A DNA stretch of 64,000 nt, from assembly GCA_013239625.1 (NCBI GenBank), contig MU053933.1, positions 2,133,026-2,197,025 of the forward strand. Direction: 5' to 3'. Both the position numbers and the translations under genes were made by a program. Below the pieces are notes generated by a model. That model ran no database searches, was not told where the DNA came from, and saw only the letters and a program-made list of their open reading frames with translations. Of the stretch, positions 12,201 through 23,075 are shown piece by piece; positions within the stretch are counted from its first letter, which is position 1, and each line of letters starts with the position of its first letter. The DNA is from Lama guanicoe (Eukaryota).

Positions 12201-15200
12201 CTGCTCTTGGCCCCTGGGGCGGGGAAGGGCTGACATCAGCACGTGGGGAGGTGACAGCCTCGGTCCCTTCTGCAGCTGGAGGCGGAACCAGGACGGTGCC
12301 ATCTGCAGGAAAGGCATAAAGAAGATGCTGGAAGTGCTGGCGGTGAGACTCCCCGTCTCGGAGCACTGGGCCCTGCCGGGGGTAAGCCAGCGCCAGTGCC
12401 GGCCCGGGCCCTCATCCACTCTGCCCACTGACCGGTCACCACCCACCCGCAGTCACTGTCCTAGACATCTTGAGCCCTGTCCGTGGTCCTGAATGGCAAA
12501 GGCTGGGCCTTGCCTTTTTAGGAGAATTTCTCCCTTCTATTTCTCATCTTGTGGTTGTGACAACAGATTCAGATGCTCTTTGGAGAATAAGCACTGATTG
12601 AGCACCTACTGTATCCTGGGCGCTGGGCTCAGGGCTGGGGCTCCCTCCCTGTGAGGCTCAGGAGGTTTGGGGCCGAGGCGGCTGCCCAGGTCCCAGGTGT
12701 GCACCTGCCTCTCGCCTGCATCCGGAGCTAAGCCCTGAGGCCAGGACTGCGTTGTCCAGGGCGGGGTTAGGAGAGCTCGGGCCTCACCTCGGAGACATGG
12801 CTGGGTGCAGGGCTGAAGGCCGGCGTGCTCCCCAGAGGCCTTATGGTGACTGACGTAGTTGAGGGTGTGGAAGGGCCCCATGGGGACTGTCCTGTCCAAG
12901 TGAGCCCAGCCGCTCTGGTTTTGCCCCATCAAATTGCCCTCTGCCCCCCGCCCCATCGCTGCTCTGGGGTCAGAACAGACTCACCCTGGCAGGAGGATGG
13001 CCACCCGCCAGGCCCCAGGCTGGTGTGCAGTATCTGGTGAGGCTGTGTCTGGGAGCCTCTTCTCTGAGCTGTTCCCCAGGGGTGGGGGGAATCCAAGGTT
13101 TACCCCAGCTCAGCAGGGAGCCATCCGGTTTCTCCTAACCTCCCCCACCCCACCGCTCAGCCGTGGCCCAGTGGCTGCTCTGCTGGGGCAGCAAGTGGAT
13201 GGGTACGTGGGGGCAGTGGTACGCCTGAGGGTCTTCAGACCCGAACCAGGATTCCCGGGCCGTGGGTGGCTCTGGTTCCTGCAGCCCCGAGCCCTGTGCC
13301 TGCCAGCCCTGAGCCCAGGCCAGCCCCGCCCCCTGCAGGTCCTCCAGAGTCACCCAGCCTCCCTCTCCGGCACTGTGGTCTCTCCTGCCGACAGGCATCC
13401 TCTGAGCGGTGTCCCTGTAGCCCCAAGTGGGGTCCTGGGGACATCTGATGGTCCCCGCTGCCACAGCCAGTGAGGGGCCAGAGTACCTCTGGGGTCGAGG
13501 GGGATGGACATGACATGGACCGAGAGGGACTTCACATGACCAGCAGGGTCCCTGGATGGCTGGGGAGGGGAATGCAGCTACAGGCCCGTGTCCAGGGGCA
13601 GGTGGCATCAGGGGTGCCAGGGATCCCGGCGTGCCAGAGCAGAGGCTGAAAACAGGTGCAGGGTACACACACACCACGAGGTGGCTGGGGCAGTGGCAGT
13701 CAGGGTGCTGGCTACCCTACGGTGCCCAGTGTGTGCTCCTCAGAGGCTGTGCCTTTGGCCTGACACCCACCCACCCCACCCTGACGTGGGCTGACGTGGG
13801 CAGTGGGCTCTGGACAATGTCACTCGGGCTCTGAAGCAGCCACTGCCAGACACTTGTCCGCCTGTGGCTCCAGGGGGCTGGCCAGCTGCCCACGCTGGGC
13901 AGGCAGCCCGGGGAGGCAGGTCCCCGGAGGGCCTTGCCCACCTGCCTCCCCTCCCTGTCCGCTCAGGGCTCCCGGGAACCGGGAGAGACACTGCCCCGGA
14001 AGCTGAAGCAGGTCCTCCGGAGAGAGTTCTGGCCTTCCTTTGAGAACTTGCTGGCGCAGGGCATGGAGGTAGGGGCTTTTCTGCTTTGCTCCCACCTGTG
14101 CCTCCTGGGCCCCGCAGTGCGCTGGTCGTGGGCCTTCAGGATGGGTCCTGGGGCACCTGCTCCAGGCCTGCATCCCGCAGCTCCTGCAGGAAGTGCTGGG
14201 ACCGAGCGTGGCCTCGGCTCTGGGCCCCCTCGCCTCCCCTCTCTGTTCTGGTGTTCTCCTCCCGAGATCGAGGAGGCCCTCGGGCCGGGCAGGCCCGGTG
14301 TCCGGCCCCTCCTTCCCGCGCTCACTCTTGCTCTGCGCACAGCTGGGCACAAAGACGCAACTTGCTTTTTGAGTTAATTTGCGAAGGCCCTATTTTTAGG
14401 TCCGTATATACAAATGCACCTTGCTCTTTTTTATGACTGCGTAGTGCTCTGGGCCGTGGCCTGTTTAAGCAGCCCTGCGGCAGGCATGTGAGACAGTGCC
14501 GGCCCGTCACTGTGGCGTCTCAGGGGCATCTCAGGAGCAGACAGTCAGCTGCTGGCATTCACGGTTTTGACCTACAAGCCCAGCAGCTTCACGAGGTGTG
14601 TCCCGTGCAGCACCTCAGGGACCACTGCCACCTCTCCTTGTTCTACTTTGTAAAAACAATCTAAACTTGTTCACTGAGGTGAAATCCAAACGGGAAATGA
14701 GCAGCTCAGGGGCATTTAGTGCACTGCCCGTGCGGTGCGATCACAGCCGCCGTCCGGTTCCCGAGCGCTCCCGTCCCCCGGAAGGGGACCCCACACCCAG
14801 CAGCAGCCGCCCCCGCCCCCGGCTCCCATGGAGCTGCCTGTCTGTGGGCTCGCCTGCTCTGGACGGTTATAGGCAGAATCACACGCTACGCAGCCTTTGG
14901 TGTCTGGCTTCTTTCACTTAGCGTAATGTTTTGACATCTGCCACCACTTTTTAACCCTTCCAAGGACAGTGGAGCCCGGTCTGGATGCCAAGCCAGAGAC
15001 CAGGAGGGAGATGAGAGGCCACAAGTCCCCAAGATGTTTCAGTCAGGGATGAAGGCTGTGCTGGGGAGCGGATGGACAGGGCAGGGGGCTGCTGGGTGCA
15101 GTGGACAGCTGTGTTCAGAGTGTCTCAGGTCTGGGCGGAGCGCAGGGGACACGTGGGGCCCCTTTCTCTGGGAGGAAGCTGGGGGACCCAGGGGTCTATC

Positions 15201-16139
15201 AGGGGGACCAGCTCATGCCTGCACCACCTCCCAGGTGTACAAAGGGTATGTGGATGACCCGAGGAACACCGACAACGCCTGGATCGAGACGGTGGCTGTG
15301 AGCATCCACTTTCCAAACCAGAGCGATGTGGAGCTGAAAAGGCTGGACTCTGTATGTGGCCTGGGCCTCAGGCTCTGAGGGACGGGGGGACTTGGGGCAT
15401 CAGTGCTCTGGAGGGGCCTCGGGGCCTGCAGGAAGGGGCCTGATGGGTTCCCGGGCCTGGGGCCAAAGGGACCTGCACCGGAGAGTAAGGACTGCGGGGG
15501 TTAGAGCCCTCCTCGAGGGACCAAGGGGGCACCCGGGTGAGGCCAGAGGGCACCAACATGTGGCTTGGGCGGAACCAAGGCTGGACGGGTGCCCTGGGGG
15601 CCTCCAGGTTTGCACCCAGGGGAGGCGGGTTCATGCACCTTTGTGGGGACATCGTCCCCTATTCGTAGATCAATCCCGTGTGCCCCTAACCCAGAACCGG
15701 GACCGGGACCGGGACGTCCCAGGGAACAAAACCCGGGCATTGTTTGCAGGATGGAAACCCCAGAATAAGGCTGCGCCTCCTCCCTCTCCTCCTTCAAGGA
15801 GTTTTGCAGGCATTTTCTGACTCACGCCTGCAGTGGGTGATCTTACTGCAGTTTGGTAGAAGGATAACATGAGCTGGCCGCCAGCCGGGCCGGTAGCGGG
15901 GCTGGGAGCCGGGTCGTGGTGTCCCTGCCACCCTCTGAAGTCTGCAGTCCCTGGTGTCCAGTGGAGGCGGGGCCAGCTGGGGAGGGAGTCAGGATCCGTC
16001 TTTGTCCCCACAGCACCTGCACTCCTGCGACACAGGGATGTCCATCCGATGGCAGGTGGTGGACCAGCGCATCCCGCTGTACGCCAGCCACAAGACCATT
16101 CTCCAGAAGGTGGCCGCCTTGTTCGGGGCTTACTACTAA
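1..16139 (+). CDS. TRPM2: TRPM2 cation channel, 5'-partial gene; join(<1-81,4186-4369,5710-5891,6141-6273,6798-6885,8516-8603,9267-9424,10016-10092,10235-10336,11608-11694,12276-12381,13967-14068,15235-15351,16014-16139)
   Basis: All 13 introns are GT..AG with compatible phases. The spliced peptide has the pore signature IFGQIP, S6 ([14 protein letters not shown]), TRP box (WKFQR) and NUDT9-H motifs ([28 protein letters not shown]). From nt 81 to the stop it is 517 codons, collinear with the recalled human C-terminus. Confidence 0.98.
880..1047 (-). mobile_element. Short 5'-truncated L1 3' tail, antisense
   Basis: Poly-T followed by L1 3'UTR-like sequence; reverse complement of 1336-1494. 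Confidence 0.75.
1336..1494 (+). mobile_element. Short 5'-truncated L1 3' tail with target-site duplication
   Basis: Ends CAATAAAAAAAA; flanked by exact 15-bp direct repeat AAGTTTTATAGTTTT at 1321-1335 and 1495-1509. Confidence 0.85.
2292..3210. other. Assembly gap (919 N)
   Basis: Run of N. Confidence 1.
3211..3272 (+). repeat. (TTTC)n microsatellite, also on the left edge of the gap (about 2278-2291)
   Basis: Read directly. Confidence 0.97.
4186..4369 (+). CDS. TRPM2: TRPM2 exon ~20: outer pore loop and S6
   Basis: tgcag| acceptor; [24 protein letters not shown]...LLNLLIAMF; donor AA|GTGAGT. Confidence 0.97.
5710..5891 (+). CDS. TRPM2: TRPM2 exon ~21: TRP helix
   Basis: accag| acceptor; [25 protein letters not shown]...RRHRQL; donor A|GTGCGC. 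Confidence 0.95.
6141..6273 (+). CDS. TRPM2: TRPM2 exon ~22
   Basis: ggcag| acceptor; [23 protein letters not shown]...HDISE; donor AA|GTACGT. Confidence 0.95.
6798..6885 (+). CDS. TRPM2: TRPM2 exon ~23: coiled coil
   Basis: gttag| acceptor; [29 protein letters not shown]; donor CAG|GTGGGT. Confidence 0.95.
8516..8603 (+). CDS. TRPM2: TRPM2 exon ~24
   Basis: ttcag| acceptor; [29 protein letters not shown]; donor G|GTGAGT. Confidence 0.95.
9267..9424 (+). CDS. TRPM2: TRPM2 exon ~25: linker and start of NUDT9-H
   Basis: cccag| acceptor; ...[28 protein letters not shown]; donor GAG|GTGAGT. Confidence 0.95.
10016..10092 (+). CDS. TRPM2: TRPM2 exon ~26
   Basis: tgcag| acceptor; [25 protein letters not shown]; donor GA|GTGAGT. 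Confidence 0.95.
10235..10336 (+). CDS. TRPM2: TRPM2 exon ~27 (102 nt)
   Basis: cccag| acceptor; [33 protein letters not shown]; donor CT|GTGAGT. Confidence 0.95.
11608..11694 (+). CDS. TRPM2: TRPM2 exon ~28
   Basis: cccag| acceptor; [28 protein letters not shown]; donor CG|GTGAGT. Confidence 0.96.
11921..11994 (+). repeat. 33-bp tandem repeat, about 2.3 copies
   Basis: cccaccacgYggacaaaatga at 11941 and 11974. Confidence 0.85.
12276..12381 (+). CDS. TRPM2: TRPM2 exon ~29
   Basis: tgcag| acceptor; [35 protein letters not shown]; donor GGG|GTAAGC. Confidence 0.96.
13967..14068 (+). CDS. TRPM2: TRPM2 exon ~30: degenerate Nudix box
   Basis: ctcag| acceptor; [34 protein letters not shown]; donor GAG|GTAGGG. 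Confidence 0.96.
14650..14935 (-). mobile_element. Old L1M-type 3' end fragment
   Basis: Typical antisense tail ...gaatcacacgctacgcagcctttggtgtctggcttctttcacttagcgtaatgtttt. Confidence 0.65.
15235..15351 (+). CDS. TRPM2: TRPM2 exon ~31
   Basis: cccag| acceptor; [26 protein letters not shown]...RLDS; donor TCT|GTATGT. Confidence 0.96.
16014..16139 (+). CDS. TRPM2: TRPM2 last exon, coding part
   Basis: cacag| acceptor; [41 protein letters not shown]. Confidence 0.96.
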   Translation, partial: HLHSCDTGMSIRWQVVDQRIPLYASHKTILQKVAALFGAYY

Positions 16140-17328
16140 CCCGGGGACACAGGCTGGGCAGCTTGGCCAGGCAGGCGGGGCTCTTCCAGCCATGGCCCCC
16201 TTGGAGACTGCAGGGGACAGAGGCCAACACCGGCCACTGAGGCACACGCAGCCCTGGACCTCAGGCAGGTGAGGGCGCTGCGGGGGCGCCGTGCGGTGTG
16301 GTTTGGGGATCTGCCGCCCTCACAGCCAGCTCGGGTGACCAGCTCGTGAACTGGAAGGCATTGGGGTGCCCTGAGAGGAGAGCCAAGTGGGGCACCAGCT
16401 GGCTCCAGCCACCCGGCAGTGCCACTGGGACCCTACCTGCCAACGCTGCCTCTCCTGATTCTGCTCGGCCCTCGGCCTGGACTCAGTTCCCTCCTGGCTG
16501 CGTCCTGTGGGCAGCGCGTCCACCACAAGAGGTGCATCGCCCAAGGCCTGGATTTCCTGGAGAGCCAGGATCCCCTTGTGGCCCCCCTCCTTGGGCCCAC
16601 GCTCCCAAGATGCCCTCCACTGTGACCTAATGCGGACCCTCACCTGACCCAGGGCAGGGCACCACGAGAACCCAGTTCCCCGGGCTGTGAGCCCTTAGCG
16701 GGCCAGGAGGCCTGGCACGCTCGGGCCTTCTCCTGAGATGCAGAGGGCCCTGCCGGCGCGCCGTCCCAGAACCCAGGCGGGGAGGCGCAGACGCACGGCG
16801 TGGCAGGGCCCTTCCATGGCCCAGACTCCTCTCTTCCCCCCTCCACCCCAAGAGCCCAGGGAGGGGTGGCGGTGGGTGTGGCCTGAGGGGAGGCTGCCCG
16901 GTTCAGCATCAGCGACTCACAGACCATCAGCATCAACCACCAGGGCCTGTTGGGGCCAGGAATGGTGTGCAAACCCAACGTCGAATCCGCTTTCCCATGT
17001 CAGCCCAGCCGGCCTCCTCTGTGCTTCCCTCAGATACAGTGCACATGTGGGCGGTGGTCAGGCCATATCTGTACCGCCGAAACCTCTTTGCCAGGCCGAG
17101 GTCCAGGCTGCAGTCCCCTCAGGTCCAAGGCTCACGGTTTCTCCTCTGATCACCCCCAACCCCACAGACACACACGTGGACTCCTTCTTTCCATTTTCCG
17201 AGGCCCAGGTTCTGGCCTCCCAAGTCGAGCCTCAGTCCCCGGTGCACCCCACCCCCCACAGTGCTCAGAGACTGTGGAGCCTTGGGAGTCACATATCCAG
17301 TCAAACTAGCGTTCATGTAGTAGCACCA

Positions 17329-17334
17329 AATAAA
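17329..17334 (+). promoter_or_regulatory. Probable TRPM2 polyadenylation signal
   Basis: First AATAAA seen after the stop (about 1.2 kb 3' UTR), where the GC-rich UTR gives way to AT-rich sequence. Confidence 0.75.
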
Positions 17335-17429
17335 GACATTTTAAAATTGTAAGGACCAAGAAATGTGCTACCCGTACATTCCTTTCTGAAAGAATTTTTC
17401 AGAGGTGAATTACAGAAAAGCAAAATACA

Positions 17430-17808
17430 GTGTGTCAGTCAGCTAGGGCTGCATAACAAAATGCCGCACTTGGGGCAACTTCAACAACAGACATTCCCTT
17501 CCTCAACATCGGGAGGCTGGACGTGGAGGGAAGGTGTGGACGGGGCGTTTCCTGGGGAGGGCTGGCTTCCTCCTTGTAGATGGCTGCCTCTCACTGTGTC
17601 CTCGAGTGGCCTTTCCTTGGGGTGCTCAGCGAGGAGGGGGGTTTTGCTTCTCCTTTTATAAGGCTACTAAACCCCTCACTCCATGCCCTGCCCTTAAAAC
17701 CTCATTTAACCTTACTTCCTTAGAGGTCCTCTCCAAATACAGTCACACTGGGGGTTGGGGCTTCAATATATGAATTTTGGGGAGGGACACAGACACTTAG
17801 TCTATAAC
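17430..17808. mobile_element. ERVL-MaLR solo LTR (MLT1-like)
   Basis: TG...CA ends; motifs ctagggctgcataacaaaatgcc, tctccaaatacagtcacactggggg, tatgaattttgggg. Confidence 0.8.
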
Positions 17809-17914
17809 ACACACACACAACTGAGCTCTGTGGAAGCAATGGAACCACCAACAGGATGTGTGGCTGAGTCCTACCATTGTGGAGGTGTATGTATTGTAAT
17901 GTAAGAAGAAAAAA

Positions 17915-18007
17915 ATTTAATGTATTTTTTAAATGGAAGTCCTGGGGATTGACCCCAGGACCTCGTGCATGCTAAGTACACACTCTGCCACTGAGCTGTA
18001 CCCTCCC
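17915..18007 (-). mobile_element. tRNA-derived SINE (camelid Vic-1-like, inferred)
   Basis: Minus strand has A box (agctcagtggcagag), B box (ggtcaatcccc) and an A-rich tail. Confidence 0.8.
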
Positions 18008-18429
18008 ATCTGTAAAAAGAAAGTTGAATGAGAGCTTCAAGTGAGCCCCCCAGCTGGTCTCCCTGGGTGTTGGCAGAGGAACTGGCGCAGCCAGTCCAAG
18101 TGCAGAGAAGGTTCCTCTGCTCACGAGGGAGAAACAGATACCGACCAGCCCCGGCGCCAAGAGGAGGACGCAGGTGGTGAGGCCTGTGAGTGCACCCCAG
18201 GCCCAGGGTGCCCGCTGAGGACAGAAACGGGAGCGGCGTCAGACCGCCAGAGGGACGGGGCAGAGTCACCACCGAATCGAGGGAAGAGAAGGTGTCACTA
18301 GAAGATGCTTCATAGGAAGTAGTCAACACGCGTATGCAGTTACGACACATACAAATTATGAGTCTCATATTGGGGTAGAATAACAAATTTCTCCTGTTTT
18401 GTCTCTCTCTACTTTTTAAATTCCTGTTT

Positions 18430-18567
18430 TTCTTTTTTAAATTTTTTTTTTATTATGGGAGGAGGCAATTAGGTTTATTTATTCTTTAACGGAGGGCCTG
18501 GGGATTGAACCCAAGACCTCATGCATGCTAAGCACACACTCTACCCCTGAGCTCCACCCCCATCCCT
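18430..18567 (-). mobile_element. tRNA-derived SINE, same family
   Basis: B box ggttcaatcccc, tail aataaataaacctaattgcctcc then poly-A on minus strand. Confidence 0.8.
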
Positions 18568-21500
18568 GTATCTTTCCTGCATCAGCTGGAAGAGACACGG
18601 ACTAGCTGACAACATGGGGAAGCCCTAGGGCAGATGCTCTCCAAGGGGAGGGTGTGGAGCAGTTCCAGTGGACGTCGGAACCCAGGGCTCGAGTTTTAAG
18701 GGCAAAGGGGGTATTTGATTGGGAAAAGGTACAAATCCGTTAAGAAGGGAGCACTTTGAGGACCTGCTGTTCATCTGACACCATAGCTTTTTAAGTATGT
18801 AGCGCAAATTGGACAGGAAGTCCCGGAGACACAGGTAAATTTGCAGTAATATTTGAGATTTTTCTCTCAGAAATCAAGGAATCAAGAAGCAAAAGAGAAC
18901 AAGGGCAGGATTTGAGTGATGTGATCAGCAGGGTAGAGGTGGCGCTGTGGCACGCGCCGACGTGTTAGGGTGCCTTGTGCACAGATATGCATCATCTAGT
19001 GCACTTACAAGTTACGTGTAACTTACACGTAAGTGTGTCTGTATGCACGTTATGCGCAGTATTTTAATTTAGGTGTACAACACAGCACGTATTTTCAGTT
19101 GTATAACCAGCCACGTGGAGTATGCACACATATGCGCACACTTCCTGCGTGTGTGTGGCTCTGCCCCCCGCTCCCGACAACAGCAGCAAGCAGGCCCAGA
19201 GGGGCGCGGGGTTCTCAGACACGGAACGTTCACAGAAGTCCATGCACAGGCCACCAGGGGGACCCCGGCCACCTTCTGGGGCAGCTCCATCACGGAAGAG
19301 CCCAGTTAGAACGCGGCCGTGCGCCGAAAGAGGACGGGAAATATGCCTCGTGGTTCCAGGGACATGAGTGACTGGTCCCCAGAGGGAGCCGAGGCGGTGT
19401 CTGGGGAGAGGCCCTGCGGGGGCCCGCAGCCCCTGCCCTCCGTCCTTCCTGGGGGGCCTCTGCCCTCTCCGCAGCATCTCGTCTCCTGGGAAGGAAGAGC
19501 AGAGCCTCTATGGGGAAGCGGGCACCGTCCTGGAGACTGGCTTGCGCTAGGCCCAGGGCCACCCCCACTGCACGGGGTTCGGGGCGGGCGAGGCCTGCGG
19601 GCTGGGCGCCGTCTAGGGAAAACCGAGGGAGCCAGCAGGCACCTCCATGCCCTCCAACTCCCCTGGCGACGTGCGCCTTCCAGGGGAGCAAGCTGGAACA
19701 AGACAGTGACAGGAGCCCAGGTCACAGCCTGGCAGGCCTGGCTGGAAAGACACTGGAGGCACAGTTACAACCTTCAATGCACATGTTTGAAAATTGAAAG
19801 CATGGAAGTAAATTCACTGAGATTATGATTGAAGAAGCTCAAAAATTAGCTGCAGCATCAACCTGGGGTCTCAGACAGGGATGAGGTCAGAGCTTAATGA
19901 AAGAGGAAAAATTTAAGAATTGGCATGGTGAACAGATTCTGAACTCGCTTCTTGAAAAAAAGCAGAAAAATCCACAAAACTAGGACAGGAGGAAGAGTGA
20001 GAGTTCTGGGCGGAGGTGTGTGTGCTGGGGACGGGGTACACAGGGGAGACTGACCTGGAAATCCCAGGACAGCTACTGGAAAGTCGAAGGCAGCCTCTGC
20101 TCCCCTGGGGAATGGACGGGCCCTTCGCTCCTGCAGCAGATCCTGCAGCCGGAAGCACCAGGCGGTTCGGTTCTGGGGGTCTCGGGAAGGATGCAGGGGC
20201 TGGGCACGGCCCCCCCCCTCCAGCTGCTCAGGCCCTGCACCCAGGGAGCCTGCGAAGGGAACCAGCACCAGGGGTTCTTCCTGGTTTTCCAGTCTGGCTT
20301 TTCAAGATCAGATGAGAGGTCTGGGAATTCCAGGAGACCCAGGGATGCAGGCAGCGTTGGGGATTTTCAGCCTGGCCCATACTGCCAAAGTCAATCCATC
20401 CAGAGAGGCTCTTTGGCGAGCTCGGGGTGCCCGGTCCTGCCTTTGTGGTTCCTGGGCAGCGAGCGGGCTGTCAGGTGCCCTGGGTCCCCTCTCTTGGGGC
20501 AGCTCCCACCCCCGCCCACAAGCTGGCTGCAGTTGGCAGTGCCGGCAGCTTCTGTCTGGGCTGGAGTTCTGTCCAGCTGGACACCATGGAGGGCCAGGTG
20601 GGAGAGCAGGGCTGCCGGTACACACGGGGACGGCCTGCCACACCCCGAGGAAGAGTGGGTCTGGGGCTGCTTGTGTGGGGAGGGCAGCGTCCTGGCCACA
20701 CATGATGTTTCATTCATCCCCACCCTGTGGCTGTGGCAGGCTCTGCGCCTCCACGCCCGTCCCCAGGGTGATGCACTCAGCCCTAGCTACCAGCGCAGCC
20801 TTCCTGATGGGGAAGCAATTAACCAGCCCGAGCGTCCTGCTTTACCCCTGGGGCCAGGAGGTCTGGCTCCTGAGTGGATAAATGAATGAGATAATCAGCC
20901 CAGAGCTCAGCGACAGTTGTAACGGAGGCTGCAGTGGGCAGACCACGTGCCAGGATGGCTCAGAGTCCGCGGTGGACAGTGAGCCGGCCTCTCACAGGGC
21001 CCGGCAGCCTGGGCCTGGCCGGCGGCCAGCGCCTCCTGTGGGGATTCTGACATCCTCACCAAGTGAGGCAGGCCCTGGACCTGGACGGACCCGGAGGATC
21101 ACACAACATCACACAAGCACTCTGAACAGATCCGTCCATCCAACCATCTGTCCATCCGTGTGCCCATCACCCACACACAGAACCACCTGTGAACACAGTG
21201 TTTTCTTTTCCCAGAGCGTCAGGCACCTGCACAAATCTGAAACGGGAGCAGCTTGGTGGGTTTTTAACTCATGTTGATGCCCAGCGCCCAGGTCATCAGG
21301 CCTGCCCCAGATGCCCGCTCACACCCTTCCCGTCACCACCTCCACTGTCAGGGGTGTTGCCTGTCCTTGAACTTTCTGAGAACGGAAGCCACGGCGTGAG
21401 TTCCGAGTGTCCGGCCCCTCCCACTCTGCACAACGTCTGTGGCTCCACCTGCCTCCGCACTGCAGGTTTTGGTGGCAGCTACATTACTTTGTTGAATTCT

Positions 21501-21969
21501 TCTGCTGATTTTTCACTGTACCCAAGGTATTCATTGGTTCTATAGGAAAACAAACAAACAAACAGAAAACAGTAAGATGAAAGCGGTCACAAAGTTATGC
21601 CCAGGACACGACGCTGTTGTCTTTAATTAAGAGCAGCCTGTGCACCTTTACTTTGCACTTAAGGTTCAAAATGAACAACAGAACAGCGGATGGAAGCAAT
21701 TCCTCTTTCCTGAATAACGGGTACAGCGCTTACTATAACACTTTATATCTGTCTCATTAGTGTATCAGGAAAAATCAGAAGAAGACTAAGGGGGGCCCTT
21801 TCCTGTAGCACCTCCCCAAGGACGTGACATTGTGCTTTTATTAAAACTGAGGCAGAGTCGGTTTACAATGCTGTTAATTTCTGGTGTACAGCGTAGTGAT
21901 TCACTCACGCATGTGTATATTCCTTGTCATGTTCTTTTTCACTATAGACCATCAAAAGGCATTGACTAT

Positions 21970-22102
21970 GGGGGTGGGGAGGGTGGAGCTCAGTGGCAGA
22001 GGGAGTGCCCAGCACGCACAAGGTCCTGGGTTCAGTCCCCAGCACCTCCATTAAATAACTAACTAACTAACCTAATTACCGCCCCTCCTTCCCCAGCAAC
22101 AG
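21970..22102 (+). mobile_element. tRNA-derived SINE inserted in an antisense L1 tail (about 21835-22150)
   Basis: A box gctcagtggcagag, B box ggttcagtcccc; near-perfect 15-bp TSD at 21955-21969 and 22103-22117. Confidence 0.85.
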
Positions 22103-22639
22103 AAAGGGATTGACTGTAGTTCCCTGGGCTGTACGGTGGGGCCTTGTTTCACTTGTTGAGCTTATTTAAATATTAAAAATAGTCCATCATTTTGGGACTA
22201 CCTTCTTCCGTCTGCCATACGATAAAGTAGCTACAGCTTCACGGCTCATCCTACTTTAATCTCATCAAGAGACAGTTGGCGGAATGCTCTGCAGGGTTCC
22301 TACACACGTGGAGGGACCCCGTGTGACCACAGCACCCCACCCTCCCCGGGCGGTGGTGTGATGGGACCTGAGGGAGGCTGTGGTGAGAAGCGACAGCCAA
22401 CACCGCCCCTAAAGCGGCCACTGAAATAGCAGCAAAGAGTCCCAGTGGGGAGGCAAGTAGGGAGAGAAAATGGGCTCAGAAATACTCAATCCAAGAGAAG
22501 GCAGGAGAAGAGGAAAAGGGGACAGAGCGGAGGGACAAATGGGGATGAAACAGAGGAGGACAGACGGCAGCCTGGCCGGCCCACCCTCCTGGTGAATGTG
22601 CGTCACCAGAGCAGGACATCACAGCACTTCCAGCCTCGT

Positions 22640-23075
22640 CCTGTGTCCCCAGTTTTCCCACTGGCGTCCGTGTCTCTTCCAGGACCCAACGTCGCATTCA
22701 GTTGCTGTTTGTCCTTGGTCTTCTCCAGTCTGTACCAGTGACTCAGTCTTTTCCTGTCTTTGAGGATCGTTTCATTTCTGAAGTGTACTGACCAGTCACT
22801 TTGTGAAATGCTTCAGTTTGGGTGTGTGTGATGTGTTCTCATGATTGAAAAGAGGCTGTGCATTTTTGGCGAGAATACCACAGAAGTGAGGCTGTGTCTT
22901 TGTCAGTGCACAGCACCGGGGGCTACATGACGTCAGCCCGGCTTATTACTGATGATATTAACCTGGGTTACATACGTAAGGCGGTTTCCGCTGGGTTTCT
23001 CCACTGTAAAGCTATCGTTTTCCCCTTTGTTGTTAATATATTGAGGAAGACACTTTGAGGCTACGGAAATCCTGA
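22640..23075 (-). mobile_element. Old L1MC-like 3' fragment
   Basis: Motifs atttttggcgagaataccacagaagtga and tttctccactgtaaagcta. Confidence 0.6.

Noticed and set aside
17915..18567. tRNA-like A/B boxes read as tRNA genes
   Set aside because: No complete cloverleaf; A-rich tails, TSDs and multiple diverged copies indicate SINEs.
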